This document shows positions 24,352 to 34,349 of a DNA stretch of 64,000 nt, in pieces. A program made the position numbers and the translations under genes. Positions within the stretch are counted from its first letter, which is position 1. Each line of letters opens with the position of its first letter. Origin of the DNA: Luteolibacter sp. (GTDB taxonomy: Bacteria > Verrucomicrobiota > Verrucomicrobiia > Verrucomicrobiales > Akkermansiaceae). The stretch spans positions 163,199 to 227,198 of the forward strand of contig JASGGK010000004.1 of assembly GCA_047605125.1 (NCBI GenBank), in the 5' to 3' direction. The notes beneath the pieces were generated by a model. It searched no databases. It saw only the letters and a list, made by a program, of their open reading frames with translations, and was not told the DNA's origin.

Positions 24352-25344
24352 ATGATCTGCGCTGTGTTCGATGCGAAGCCTTACGATCGTGAGTTTCTGA
24401 ATGCTGGGAACTCCGGTGATATCGATTGGCGTTTTTTGGATTTCCGGCTTGGCCCCGACACGGTGAAATCAGCGGAAGGCGCGGATGCGGTTTGTGTGTT
24501 CGTGAATGATGTCCTGGACCGCGGAGTCATTGAAGAGCTTGCGGCATTCGGCATCCGGCATGTCGCTCTGCGCTGCGCGGGATTCAACAACGTCGATCTT
24601 GATGCGGCGAAAGAGCATGGCCTTTCGGTGACGCGCGTGCCTGCCTATTCGCCGCATGCGGTGGCGGAGCACACGCTGGCGTTGTTGCTCACGCTGAACC
24701 GGAAAATCCACCGCGCTTACAACCGCGTGCGGGAACAGAATTTCTCGCTCGATGGCTTGGTGGGATTTGATCTCTATCAAAAAACGGTGGGCGTCATCGG
24801 CACGGGGAAAATCGGCCGCATCACCGCGGAGCTTTTCCGGGGGTTCGGCTGCAAGGTGCTCGCTTACGATGTGCGGGAGCAAAGCGAATGGGCGGAGCAA
24901 CATCAGGTGCGCTACGCTCAGCTCGATGAGATTCTGGAAACGAGCGACGTGGTTTCGCTGCATTGCCCGCTGTTTCCCGAGACGTTTCATTTGCTGGACG
25001 AGGCCGCGTTTCGCCGGATGAAAAAAGGCGCGTATCTGGTGAATACCAGCCGTGGAAAACTGGTGGACAGCAAGGCGTTGATCGAAGCGCTGAAAAGAAA
25101 CCATCTCGGCGGCGTCGCACTGGATGTTTACGAAGTGGAGGAGGGGATCTTTTTCGAAGATCATTCGGCGGTCGCGCTTCAGGATGATGATCTTTCGCGC
25201 TTGCTGACGTTTCCGAATGTGCTGATCACATCGCATCAGGCGTTTCTGACGCGCGAGGCGTTGTCGGAAATCGCGCGGGTGACGGTTCTGAATCTCAGGG
25301 CCGCGCATGAAGGAGAGGAGTGTTTGGCAGGAAGTTTGCTTTGA
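24352..25344 (+). CDS. ldhA: D-lactate dehydrogenase (D-2-hydroxyacid dehydrogenase)
   Basis: LRCAGFNNVD, RVPAYSPHAVAEH, GTGKIG, NTSRG, LDVYE, TSHQAF. Confidence 0.9.
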   Translation: MICAVFDAKPYDREFLNAGNSGDIDWRFLDFRLGPDTVKSAEGADAVCVFVNDVLDRGVIEELAAFGIRHVALRCAGFNNVDLDAAKEHGLSVTRVPAYSPHAVAEHTLALLLTLNRKIHRAYNRVREQNFSLDGLVGFDLYQKTVGVIGTGKIGRITAELFRGFGCKVLAYDVREQSEWAEQHQVRYAQLDEILETSDVVSLHCPLFPETFHLLDEAAFRRMKKGAYLVNTSRGKLVDSKALIEALKRNHLGGVALDVYEVEEGIFFEDHSAVALQDDDLSRLLTFPNVLITSHQAFLTREALSEIARVTVLNLRAAHEGEECLAGSLL

Positions 25345-25355
25345 GTCCGAGGCTT

Positions 25356-26066
25356 ATGGAAATCGTCTGTTTGCAGCACGTGAAGTTCGAAGGGCCGGGG
25401 AGTTTTCAAAACTGGCTTGCGGGCAAGGGCGTGGACTTGCGTTGCGTGCTCGTGCCTGAAGAGGAATTGCCTCCGGTGGAATCTTGCCAAGCGGTGATCG
25501 TGATGGGAGGGCCGATGAATATCTATCAACATCGCGATCATCCGTGGCTGGCGCGGGAGAAGGAATTCATCCGCACATGCTTGGATCATGGAGTGCCGCT
25601 GATCGGGATTTGTCTCGGCGCGCAGTTGATCGCCGATGCATTGGGCGCGTGGGTTTTTCAGAATATGGAGAGGGAAATCGGGTGGTTTCCGGTGAAGCTC
25701 AGCCCGGAAGTTACGGAGTCATTTCCCGGAATGAAGCGGGAGATGCAAGTGCTGCATTGGCATGGAGATACCTTCGGATTGCCCGCTGGAACGATCCGTG
25801 TGGCGGGCAGCGAGGCGTGTGGCGAACAAGGTTTCTGGATTCCGGGAAAATGTCTCGGGTTGCAGTTTCATCCCGAAGCAACGCGGGAATCTTTGGAGGC
25901 GTTGATCGAAAATTGTGGCGATGAATTGACCGAGGGTCGCTTCGTGCAGGATCGTGAAATGTTGAAATCGGGTGGTTACGATCACGATTTCGGCGAATGG
26001 GAGCCGTTGCTGATGGATGTGCTTGATAGGGCCGGTGCGGACACCGGCGCTCCATTACTGCAATGA
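25356..26066 (+). CDS. Class I glutamine amidotransferase-like protein
   Basis: [27 protein letters not shown] triad. Confidence 0.9.
   Translation: MEIVCLQHVKFEGPGSFQNWLAGKGVDLRCVLVPEEELPPVESCQAVIVMGGPMNIYQHRDHPWLAREKEFIRTCLDHGVPLIGICLGAQLIADALGAWVFQNMEREIGWFPVKLSPEVTESFPGMKREMQVLHWHGDTFGLPAGTIRVAGSEACGEQGFWIPGKCLGLQFHPEATRESLEALIENCGDELTEGRFVQDREMLKSGGYDHDFGEWEPLLMDVLDRAGADTGAPLLQ
26031..26053 (-). repeat. REP family A copy inside the 3' end of the GATase CDS
   Basis: gccggtgcggacaccggcgctcc; 1 mismatch to the 46479 copy. Confidence 0.8.
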
Positions 26067-27050
26067 TTTCCAGTCTTGCTCGCTGAGGCAGCAGGGATCG
26101 TTCGCGACCCAATGATCAGGGGTGATTTGTCTCAGAGAAAGGTCCATGCCGATGGTTTCCTCATAGCGTGGATGCTTGATGCGGTGACCGAAAGCGCTTC
26201 CGGGAGGTGGATCGATGGGAGAAGGGACATCGCCTTCCAGCAGGATTTTTTTCGTCGATTTTTTCGGATCGGGCGTGGGAATCGCTGCGAGCAAAGCCTT
26301 GGTGTAAGCATGGCGCGGATCGCGGTAGATGGTTTCCGCGGAGGCTAGCTCGACGATTTTTCCGAGATACATCACCGCGACGCGATCGCTGATGTGTTTC
26401 ACGACAGACAGATTGTGGGCGATGAAAAGATAAGAAAGATCGAAGTCTTTCTGAAGCTCGACGAGCAGGTTGAGAATCTGCGATTGCACCGAGACATCGA
26501 GCGCGGAAACGGGTTCGTCACAGACGATGAGTTTCGGCTTGAGTGCGAGCGCGCGCGCGATGCCGATGCGCTGGCGTTGGCCGCCGGAAAATTCGAACGA
26601 GTAACGCTCTGCGGCGGAGGATGGGAGGCCGACGCGGTCGAGCAGATCGTTCACCCATTGGATGCGTTCCGCGCGCGTGCCGATGCCGTGGATTTGAAAA
26701 GGTTCTTCGATGAGCGCGCGGACGCTCATGCGTGGATCGAGCGATTCCGCCGGGTCCTGGAAAATCATTTGGATATCGCGGCGAAGAGGGCGGAGTTTTC
26801 CTTGGCGTGCTTCGGAAATATCCTGATTTTCAAAAATGATCTGGCCGGATGTCGGCTTGAGCAAGCGGACGATGGCTTTGCCGAGCGTGGATTTTCCGCA
26901 ACCGGATTCACCTACAAGACCGAGAGTTTCGCCGGGTTTGATGGTAAGTGAAACTCCATCGACCGCGCGGACCGCACCAGTTTGGCGCATCAGCACGCCA
27001 CTGCGAACCGGGAAGTGAACGGTGAGATCGTTGATGGCGAGCAATGACAT
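26055..27050 (-). CDS. Peptide ABC transporter ATPase (OppF/DppF-like)
   Basis: [28 protein letters not shown]. Confidence 0.95.
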   Translation of the reverse strand: MSLLAINDLTVHFPVRSGVLMRQTGAVRAVDGVSLTIKPGETLGLVGESGCGKSTLGKAIVRLLKPTSGQIIFENQDISEARQGKLRPLRRDIQMIFQDPAESLDPRMSVRALIEEPFQIHGIGTRAERIQWVNDLLDRVGLPSSAAERYSFEFSGGQRQRIGIARALALKPKLIVCDEPVSALDVSVQSQILNLLVELQKDFDLSYLFIAHNLSVVKHISDRVAVMYLGKIVELASAETIYRDPRHAYTKALLAAIPTPDPKKSTKKILLEGDVPSPIDPPPGSAFGHRIKHPRYEETIGMDLSLRQITPDHWVANDPCCLSEQDWKSLQ

Positions 27051-27065
27051 AAAGTGACGGATGAG

Positions 27066-27198
27066 TTTTACCGCAAAGGCGCGAAGGACGCTAAGGAACG
27101 CGAAGTTTTTTGAGTTTGAAATCGAAACGCGGAGGCGCTGAGGTCGCCGAGAGGTGCGCGGAGCTATTTCTAGCCCCCAGCCCCTGACCCCTTGCCAC
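27066..27198. repeat. Composite short-period repeat cluster (two ~9-bp arrays and one 7-bp array)
   Basis: cgcaaagg cgcgaagga cgctaagga; cgcggagg cgctgagg cgccgagagg cgcggag; tagcccc cagcccc tgacccc ttgccac. Confidence 0.75.
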
Positions 27199-27212
27199 TT
27201 TCCAACGGTATT

Positions 27213-28196
27213 TCATGGGATGTTCGTACACACGGGGCAGTTTTCCACCCAGTGGTTGGGGGAGATTTCGATGAGCTGCGGGCGTTCGTTTTTGGAAACT
27301 CGGCCCATGCGCTGGCAGAAGCGGCAGCCGTGGTGGTGGTCGGCGAGGGAGGCGACCATGCCGGGGATGGTTTTGAGGATGGATTTGCTCGGGGTGTCGA
27401 GGGTGGGAATGGAGGCTAACAGTCCGCGGGTGTAGGCGTGGCGCGGGTTTTCGAAAAGCTCATGGACGGGTGCTTTTTCAACGACGCGTCCTGCATACAT
27501 GACGACGACCTCATCGCAGCTTTCGGCGATCACACCGAGGTCGTGGGTGATGAGGATGATTGCCATGCCCATTTCCTTTTGGATGCGTTGCAACAGATCG
27601 AGGATTTGCGCCTGCACGGTGACGTCGAGGGCGGTGGTCGGTTCGTCCGCGATGAGGAGCGAGGGTTTCAGCGCGATGGCGAGAGCGATGACGACGCGCT
27701 GGCGCATGCCGCCGGAAAGCTGGTGGGGGTAATCCATCATCCGTTTTTCCGGCGCGGGAATGCGGACTTGGCGGAGCATTTCCGTGGCGGCTTCCCAGGC
27801 GTCTTTTTTCGACATCTTGCGGTGGATTCGGAAGATCTCGGAAACCTGGCGGCCGATGCGATGGACGGGATTGAGCGCGGCCATGGGTTCCTGGAAGATG
27901 ACGCCGATATCGTTGCCACGGATTTTGCGGATTTCCCTATCAGGAATGTGCGAGAGATCCTTGCCGTTGAAATTCACGCGGCCGCCGAGGATTTTTCCGG
28001 CGGGCTGGGGAAGCAGGCGGACGAGCGACATGGCGGTGACGCTTTTTCCGCAGCCGGATTCGCCGACGATGCCGACGGTTTTTCCACGAGGCACGGTGAA
28101 GGAAACCTGATCGACCGCACGGAGCAGACCGCGCTCGGTTTCGAAGGAAGTGATGAGCTTGTCCACTTCCAGAATGTTGTCGGTGGAATCACTCAT
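27213..28196 (-). CDS. Peptide ABC transporter ATPase (OppD/DppD-like)
   Basis: [27 protein letters not shown]. Confidence 0.95.
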   Translation of the reverse strand: MSDSTDNILEVDKLITSFETERGLLRAVDQVSFTVPRGKTVGIVGESGCGKSVTAMSLVRLLPQPAGKILGGRVNFNGKDLSHIPDREIRKIRGNDIGVIFQEPMAALNPVHRIGRQVSEIFRIHRKMSKKDAWEAATEMLRQVRIPAPEKRMMDYPHQLSGGMRQRVVIALAIALKPSLLIADEPTTALDVTVQAQILDLLQRIQKEMGMAIILITHDLGVIAESCDEVVVMYAGRVVEKAPVHELFENPRHAYTRGLLASIPTLDTPSKSILKTIPGMVASLADHHHGCRFCQRMGRVSKNERPQLIEISPNHWVENCPVCTNIP

Positions 28197-30307
28197 GGAG
28201 TTGGAGATTCGGAAGTAGGTTGCATGCGATAGGCATCGACGACGCGTGTGGATTCGGGAAACGTTTTTCCGGAACGGCGTGCTTCCTGGGTTTCTTTCCG
28301 CACCTGTTCATCGATCCAGAAAACGAAGATATCGTGAGGGTCATACACGACGGGTGAACAGAAGCGGGTTTCTTCGGAATCCGGCCATTTCACCCAGCGC
28401 CATGATCCGACGCGGACGAAGTCCACGGAATAGCCGGGCAGGAAAAGCGCTTCGTCGTGCATGATGTGCTGCAACTTCGAGCAGGCATCGCGAAGCTCTT
28501 CGGGGGTGCTGGCGGAGCGGACTTGCACGCTGAGTTTGTCAGTGTCGGCGCGGGACCAGCAGAAGAGGTTGTTGGTGTAGGGTTTCGGGTTTCCTTTTTC
28601 GTCGTAGGCGGCGGTCGAGTGAAGAAATTGATAGAAGTCCGGAAGAGGCGGCGTGATGTTGTAGTTCGCGAAGCAGGCCTGGTGTTGTTTTTGGATGATT
28701 TTCTTGTAGGAAACCGTGGGTTCCAGACTGTCCAATTGGAGGTCGAGGCCGCAGGCGCGGGCGTCTTCGCGGAGGATGGCGAAGACGCGATCCAGCGCGG
28801 GTGATGCGGGATAGGTGATGGAGACTTCCAGTCGCGGGCCGTTCGGTTTTTTCAGAATGCCGTCGCTTTCTTCCTGGGTGTATCCGGCTGCGGCGAAAGA
28901 CGCTCGGGCCTGGCTGACGGAGTAGGGTCTCGCGCGGATGGATGGATCGCTGAAGGCGATGAAGCCATCGTTGAAGCTGTTGAGTCGCTGGTAATCGCCG
29001 CGATAAATCACATCGATGACCTTTTGCCAGTTCAGGGAGAAGTCCATGCCGATCCGCACATCGCGCTGGTCGAGGGGCTGCTTGCTGACGTTCAGGTATA
29101 GGCCGAGCGGGAGCTTCGGATAGCGGGTGTAAAACGTGACGCGCTCGATGTAGCCGTCGTAAACCGGAGGAATTTCGGATTTTTCATACCAGTTCTGCGG
29201 GCGTGTGAGAAGGGCGGTATCGATTTCCCCGGCGCGGAAAAGCTCGAAGGCTTTCGATTCATCGCGGACGACGGTGTTGACGACTTTGTCCGGATTGAAA
29301 CGGTATCGATAGTATTTCCGGTCTTTCGCCCACCAGTCTTTGACGCGGGTTTGGGTGATCGACGCGCCTTTGACGATGTCTTCATCCCGCACTTCGTAAG
29401 CGCCGGTAGTGGGGCGGAAACGCCATTGGTAGCGTTCGTTGAAATCAGGGCCGTATTCCTCGTAGAACTTGGGCGGCACGGGAGTGAGGCTGCCGACAAG
29501 CGCGGGAGCATAGACGCGCGCTTCCGGCAAGCTGATCGAAAGCGTGAGATCGTCGTATATGGCGATCTGCGCGATTTCCTCGCGGAAGTATTGTTTTTGA
29601 TAGGGATTGGAAATGTAATCCGAAACGCTGATGTAGGTGGCGATGAGGAAGTCCTTCGCCTTCACCGGCGAACCGTCGGAATAGCGGGCTTCGGGATCGA
29701 GGTGGAAGTAAACGGTGCGGCCGTCGGCGGAAAGCGCCCATTCTTTCGCAACACCGGGGATCGGCTGCATGGTGGCGGGATGCAGCGTGACGAGGCCGAG
29801 ATCGATGTTGTCGTAAATGTCGCCGCGGAAGCTGTTGTTGGAATTGTCTCCGATGGGGCGGAGGGTGGGAGGAAATGAGGAGATGAATTTTCGGAAAACG
29901 CCGCCTTTGACCGCGCGGGGATCGCCGATTTCCGGTTGGTCCATGCCGTTTTCCCAAACCAGCCCGGCGGGGATTTCGGAAGGATTTCCGATCTTGAGAT
30001 AGTCGCCGAGGCTGAGGCGGAAATCCCATTTCACGATGTCCGTGCGGACGGATGCGATCAGGCTTTCGAGGCGGGGTTTTTGCTCATCGTTCGCGGTGGA
30101 GAGCTCGCTTTCGAGACGGGCGAGTTCTTTCCCGCTCGCGGCTTTTTGGTCGGTGAGCCACGTGTGGATGTATTGGTTATACGTCGGGCGGAATGAATCG
30201 AAATCCAGCGTGCGCTTCACTTGCCGCGTTTCGCGATGGCAGCTTGTGCCAACCATGGCGGTGAGGGTGATGGCGCAGCAGGCGATGAATGAAATCCAGC
30301 GTGGCAT
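28193..30307 (-). CDS. ABC substrate-binding lipoprotein, family 5 (YejA-like)
   Basis: Lipobox GTSC; GDPRAVKGG, ARYSDGSPV, AFELFRAGEID. Confidence 0.9.
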   Translation of the reverse strand: MPRWISFIACCAITLTAMVGTSCHRETRQVKRTLDFDSFRPTYNQYIHTWLTDQKAASGKELARLESELSTANDEQKPRLESLIASVRTDIVKWDFRLSLGDYLKIGNPSEIPAGLVWENGMDQPEIGDPRAVKGGVFRKFISSFPPTLRPIGDNSNNSFRGDIYDNIDLGLVTLHPATMQPIPGVAKEWALSADGRTVYFHLDPEARYSDGSPVKAKDFLIATYISVSDYISNPYQKQYFREEIAQIAIYDDLTLSISLPEARVYAPALVGSLTPVPPKFYEEYGPDFNERYQWRFRPTTGAYEVRDEDIVKGASITQTRVKDWWAKDRKYYRYRFNPDKVVNTVVRDESKAFELFRAGEIDTALLTRPQNWYEKSEIPPVYDGYIERVTFYTRYPKLPLGLYLNVSKQPLDQRDVRIGMDFSLNWQKVIDVIYRGDYQRLNSFNDGFIAFSDPSIRARPYSVSQARASFAAAGYTQEESDGILKKPNGPRLEVSITYPASPALDRVFAILREDARACGLDLQLDSLEPTVSYKKIIQKQHQACFANYNITPPLPDFYQFLHSTAAYDEKGNPKPYTNNLFCWSRADTDKLSVQVRSASTPEELRDACSKLQHIMHDEALFLPGYSVDFVRVGSWRWVKWPDSEETRFCSPVVYDPHDIFVFWIDEQVRKETQEARRSGKTFPESTRVVDAYRMQPTSESPTP

Positions 30308-31878
30308 CAGCGGTAGTAGGTGAATTTTTTCGGATCGAGAGCTTCGCGGATCGCTTCGCCGACGAAGGTGATCAGGGTGAGCAGGCCGACGAGAACGACA
30401 AACGACGAGCTGACGAGCCAAGGGGATGAAAGGTTGGCGAGGCCGTCATTCAAAAGGCGGCCCCAGGTGGCGTATTCCGGCGGCAGGCCGAAGCCGAGGT
30501 AATCGAGCGAGGTGAGCGCGAAGACGAGACCGGAGAGCGAAAAGGGAATGAGCGTGATGAGAATCGCGACGGTGTTCGGAAGAAGATGGCGGAAAACGAT
30601 GCGCGGCGTGCTGGCTCCGAGCACGCGGGCGGCGGCGATGTAGTCGCGTTCCTTGTCTCGATAAGCGGCGGTGCGCATGAGTGCGGTGATGCCCATCCAG
30701 CCGAAGAGGATGAGGATGGAGAGAATGATCGGGAGACCTTTGAATTGATCCGGCACCATGCTGGAAAAGATGATGATGACGAAGAGGAAGGGGATGTTGG
30801 AGAAAATCTCCATCAGGCGCTGGCTGATCGTGTCATACCATCCGCCGAAGTAGCCCATCGACATGCCGAGGGCGATGCCGATGAGGTAAACGGCGGGCAT
30901 GAAGAGCAGGGCGGCTTTGAGATTCACCTGAAGCCCGCCGTAGAGATAGGCGAGCGTATCGTAACCTTGCGAGGTGGTGCCGAGCCAGTTTTGCGCGTCG
31001 GGAATCGGCGGCGCGGGATGGTATTTTACGGCGCGCAGCGGGCTGGTGTCTTGTTCGAGAAACGCGGTCTTGGTGGCGGTGCCGTTGAATTTTTCCGAGA
31101 TGAGTTTTCCTTCGAAAAACTCGGCGCTGTAAACCGGTAATCCGTTTGCATCCCAGCCATCGGCGGGGCCGGAGAGTTGGCCCTTGCGCATCGAGTAGCG
31201 GAGGTGCATGCGCGAGGCATCGATGTCGTAATATTTCGCGACGAGGCCGGAGAAAGGTTCGTTGCTGCCGCCTTGATAGAAAAGCCCTTCGCGTTCTTCC
31301 AGCGCGCGAGAACGCGGCGGCAGCGTGTCGCCCGTCGGATCGTATGGGATCAGCGGCATGATCACGAGGTTCCTGGAATCAGGGCCGAAGCTTTGCTTGA
31401 GCTTCCGGTAATCGGCGGGTGCGTCCGCGCTCGGTCCATCGACACCGAAGTCTTTGTTTTTCAAGTCCACGGGAAGAAACGCCGGGAATTTCCATGTGTC
31501 ATTGTAGCGCACGGCGAGCGCGCGTTTTCCGACGAGCGCCTGATCGAGCATGGCGAGCAGGAGGAGAAACAGCAGCAGGATGAGCGAATAGAGGCCGCGT
31601 TTGATTTCACAAAACCGGCGGATGCGGCGTGCGGTGACCGGGTTTGCCGGGCCGCGCGTGTAGCTGCGGACGATCATCGTGAGCCCGGCGAGAACGAGCA
31701 GCCCGGCCATGACCCAGCCGAACCACGGAATAATCTGGCCGTCATAAGTGCATTTCAGCCACGGCACCTGGCGGCTGGTGTCGAAAAACCATCGCGCGGT
31801 GGGAAAGGCGATGCGCTTCAGCTCGCCGGTGATGGCGAGCGATCCAAGCAGGGTGAAAAGAAAACCGATCGCGCGCAT
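30307..31878 (-). CDS. ABC permease (YejE/OppC-like) with an extra soluble domain
   Basis: WLGTTSQGYD, EAA-loop-like RDYIAAARVLGA, GEAIREALDPK; start MRAIG at 31878. Confidence 0.9.
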   Translation of the reverse strand: MRAIGFLFTLLGSLAITGELKRIAFPTARWFFDTSRQVPWLKCTYDGQIIPWFGWVMAGLLVLAGLTMIVRSYTRGPANPVTARRIRRFCEIKRGLYSLILLLFLLLLAMLDQALVGKRALAVRYNDTWKFPAFLPVDLKNKDFGVDGPSADAPADYRKLKQSFGPDSRNLVIMPLIPYDPTGDTLPPRSRALEEREGLFYQGGSNEPFSGLVAKYYDIDASRMHLRYSMRKGQLSGPADGWDANGLPVYSAEFFEGKLISEKFNGTATKTAFLEQDTSPLRAVKYHPAPPIPDAQNWLGTTSQGYDTLAYLYGGLQVNLKAALLFMPAVYLIGIALGMSMGYFGGWYDTISQRLMEIFSNIPFLFVIIIFSSMVPDQFKGLPIILSILILFGWMGITALMRTAAYRDKERDYIAAARVLGASTPRIVFRHLLPNTVAILITLIPFSLSGLVFALTSLDYLGFGLPPEYATWGRLLNDGLANLSSPWLVSSSFVVLVGLLTLITFVGEAIREALDPKKFTYYR

Positions 31879-31880
31879 GA

Positions 31881-33230
31881 TTATTCGAATTTGATGCGTG
31901 GGTCCACCATGGCGACGAGGAGGTCTGAAATGACGTTGCCGATGAGCATCAGCAAGGCGGCGATGGTGAGGGTGCCCATGATGACCGGGATGTCCCTGGC
32001 GAGGACGGATTGATATTGCAGAAGGCCGAAGCCCTGGATGTCGAACACGGTCTCGATGAGCATCGAGCCGCCGATGAAAATTTCCACGAGACTGCCGAGG
32101 CTGGTGGCGATGGGGATCATCGAATTCCGGAACGCGTGGCCGAAGACCGCTTTGCGGAAACTCGCGCCCTTCGCCACGGCGGTGCGGACGTAGTCGGACG
32201 CGAGTTGATCCATCAGGTTGTTTTTCGTGAGCATCGTGAGCATCGCGAAACCTCCGATCACATAGCAGAGCAGCGGCAGCGCGGTGTGATGGGCGAGATC
32301 CTTGAACTGATCCCACGTGTTCATTTGGTCGAAATTCGCACTGGTGAGGCCGAAGAGCGGGAACCAGTTCGCCCGCGCGCCGAGGTGGACGAGCAGGAGC
32401 GCGCCGAGCGCGAATCCGGGAATCGAGTATCCGATGAAAATCAGCACCGAGCTGAAGCCGTCGATGAACGTCCGGTGTTTCAACGCCTTGAGCACGCCGA
32501 GCGGCAGGCAAACGGCGTAGGTGATGAAGGCGGAGAGCAACCCGAAATACGCGGCGACGGGCATGCGCTCGAGGATCATGCGATCGACGCGTTCGTTGTA
32601 GATGTCGGAAATTCCAAGATCACCCTGAAGGACGCCCGCGAAGTGCGTCTGATAGATCACGGCGCGGGGATTGTAGGCGGGCGGTTGTTTCGCACCGGGA
32701 TTTCTGCGGAGATAGCGGTCCTGGCGTTCCTTTTCGGTTTCGTAGCGGATTTTCCAGCCTTCGGATTCGACGGATTTTCCACCTTCGACGAAATTCGCGG
32801 AAACGATGCGGCCGTTTTCCTGTTTCGCGTGAACGAGGCGGCCATCTTCCTTCAAGACGATGGCGGTGGTGGTTTTCGGATCGATTTCCCCGCCGATGGT
32901 TTCCTCGCCTTGCCCGCCGAATTCGCCTTTGGAAATCCGGGTTTCACGCGGCATTAGCCCGAGCCATTGCGCGTAGCCGACGAGGATCGGCTTATCGAGC
33001 TGGTAGCGTTCTTCGAGGCTTTCGAGCTGTTCTTCATCGAGCCCGCCCTGCGAGCGGCTGCTGGAGCCGGAGCGCTTTTCGCCTTCGCCGCCGCTGCCTT
33101 GCGAGGCGCTTTGCAGCATGCGGTCGATGGCGCCGCCGGGAACGATGCGGGTGACGGTGAAGACAAGCAGCGTGATGCCGATCAAGGTCGGCGGAATCAG
33201 GAGCAGTCTTCGTAGGAAATAAGCTTTCAC
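31881..33230 (-). CDS. ABC permease (YejB/OppB-like)
   Basis: GTG start, YFLRRLLLIPPTL, DYVRTAVAKG, VDPRIKF. Confidence 0.92.
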   Translation of the reverse strand: MKAYFLRRLLLIPPTLIGITLLVFTVTRIVPGGAIDRMLQSASQGSGGEGEKRSGSSSRSQGGLDEEQLESLEERYQLDKPILVGYAQWLGLMPRETRISKGEFGGQGEETIGGEIDPKTTTAIVLKEDGRLVHAKQENGRIVSANFVEGGKSVESEGWKIRYETEKERQDRYLRRNPGAKQPPAYNPRAVIYQTHFAGVLQGDLGISDIYNERVDRMILERMPVAAYFGLLSAFITYAVCLPLGVLKALKHRTFIDGFSSVLIFIGYSIPGFALGALLLVHLGARANWFPLFGLTSANFDQMNTWDQFKDLAHHTALPLLCYVIGGFAMLTMLTKNNLMDQLASDYVRTAVAKGASFRKAVFGHAFRNSMIPIATSLGSLVEIFIGGSMLIETVFDIQGFGLLQYQSVLARDIPVIMGTLTIAALLMLIGNVISDLLVAMVDPRIKFE

Positions 33231-33348
33231 GCGGTTGTTTCCTAGAGTTCTAGCGAGGAGACCCGCGCATGCAAGTCCCGACGGCCTGATGACGGCCCGG
33301 TTTTGTCCTTGTCCGCCGGGCGTGGGGTGGTTTGCTCGGGGGAAATAC

Positions 33349-34230
33349 ATGGCAGCCCCGCAAAACATCATCGCGCTGGTTTACGATTACGATCAAACGC
33401 TGAGCCCTTGCTACATGCAGGATGACGTGTTGTTCCCGCATTTCGGGATCGATCCGGCGCAGTTCTGGAAACGTTGCAACGCACTTGTCGGTGATCAGGG
33501 CTGGGACGGCGAACTGGCTTACATGAAATGTCTGCTGGATTACCTCGGCATGGACAATGTGACCAACGCGCGGCTCACCGAGCTGGGTGCGGGCCTGAAA
33601 TTTTTCCCCGGACTTCCCGAGCTTTTCGATGCCTTGCCGAAAGCGGCGCTGCGCCCGGAACACGAAGCGGCGGGGATCAAGGTGGAGCATTACATCATTT
33701 CCTCGGGCCTGAAGGCATTGCTCGACGGCTCGCGACTGAAGCCGCACGTGCGCGCGATGTTCGGCTGTGAATTCGGCGAAAACAAGGAAGGCCACATCAG
33801 CTTTCCGAAGCGCGTGATTTCCCACACCTCGAAGACCCAATTCCTTTTCCGCATCAACAAAGGCCTGCTGAGCCACGATGAGGATGTGAACGATCACATG
33901 CCGCCGGAGCAGCGTCCGATTCCTTTCCAGAACATGGTTTACGTCGGCGATGGCCCGACGGATGTGCCGTGCTTCACGGTGATGAAACACAACGGCGGCC
34001 AGGGCATCGCGGTTTACAATCCGCAGGATCCGAGCGGGAAATCGTTCCGCAAATGCTTCCAGCTTTCCACCCATGCGGGCCGCGTGAAGCACATCGCGCC
34101 GGCGGATTACCGCGAAGGCTCGCACCTCTGGCTGCTGCTGCGCGAGATGGTGGCTGAAATGGCGGACCGGATTTTGCGCCGCGGCATCGAAGAACGGCAA
34201 AATGCAACCGTCGCAGCGCCCACATTTTAA
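33349..34230 (+). CDS. HAD-like hydrolase
   Basis: YDYDQTL, ISSG, YVGDGPTDVP. Confidence 0.85.
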   Translation: MAAPQNIIALVYDYDQTLSPCYMQDDVLFPHFGIDPAQFWKRCNALVGDQGWDGELAYMKCLLDYLGMDNVTNARLTELGAGLKFFPGLPELFDALPKAALRPEHEAAGIKVEHYIISSGLKALLDGSRLKPHVRAMFGCEFGENKEGHISFPKRVISHTSKTQFLFRINKGLLSHDEDVNDHMPPEQRPIPFQNMVYVGDGPTDVPCFTVMKHNGGQGIAVYNPQDPSGKSFRKCFQLSTHAGRVKHIAPADYREGSHLWLLLREMVAEMADRILRRGIEERQNATVAAPTF

Positions 34231-34349
34231 ATGCTTAACCCTCGCGGGTGTATAAAATATGACTTTCCGCTGGGCAAAGCGGTCTAAGATTCGACTAATT
34301 CACCCTCTTCACTCATCCGGTTTCCACGCCACCGATCCTCCATTTTTCC

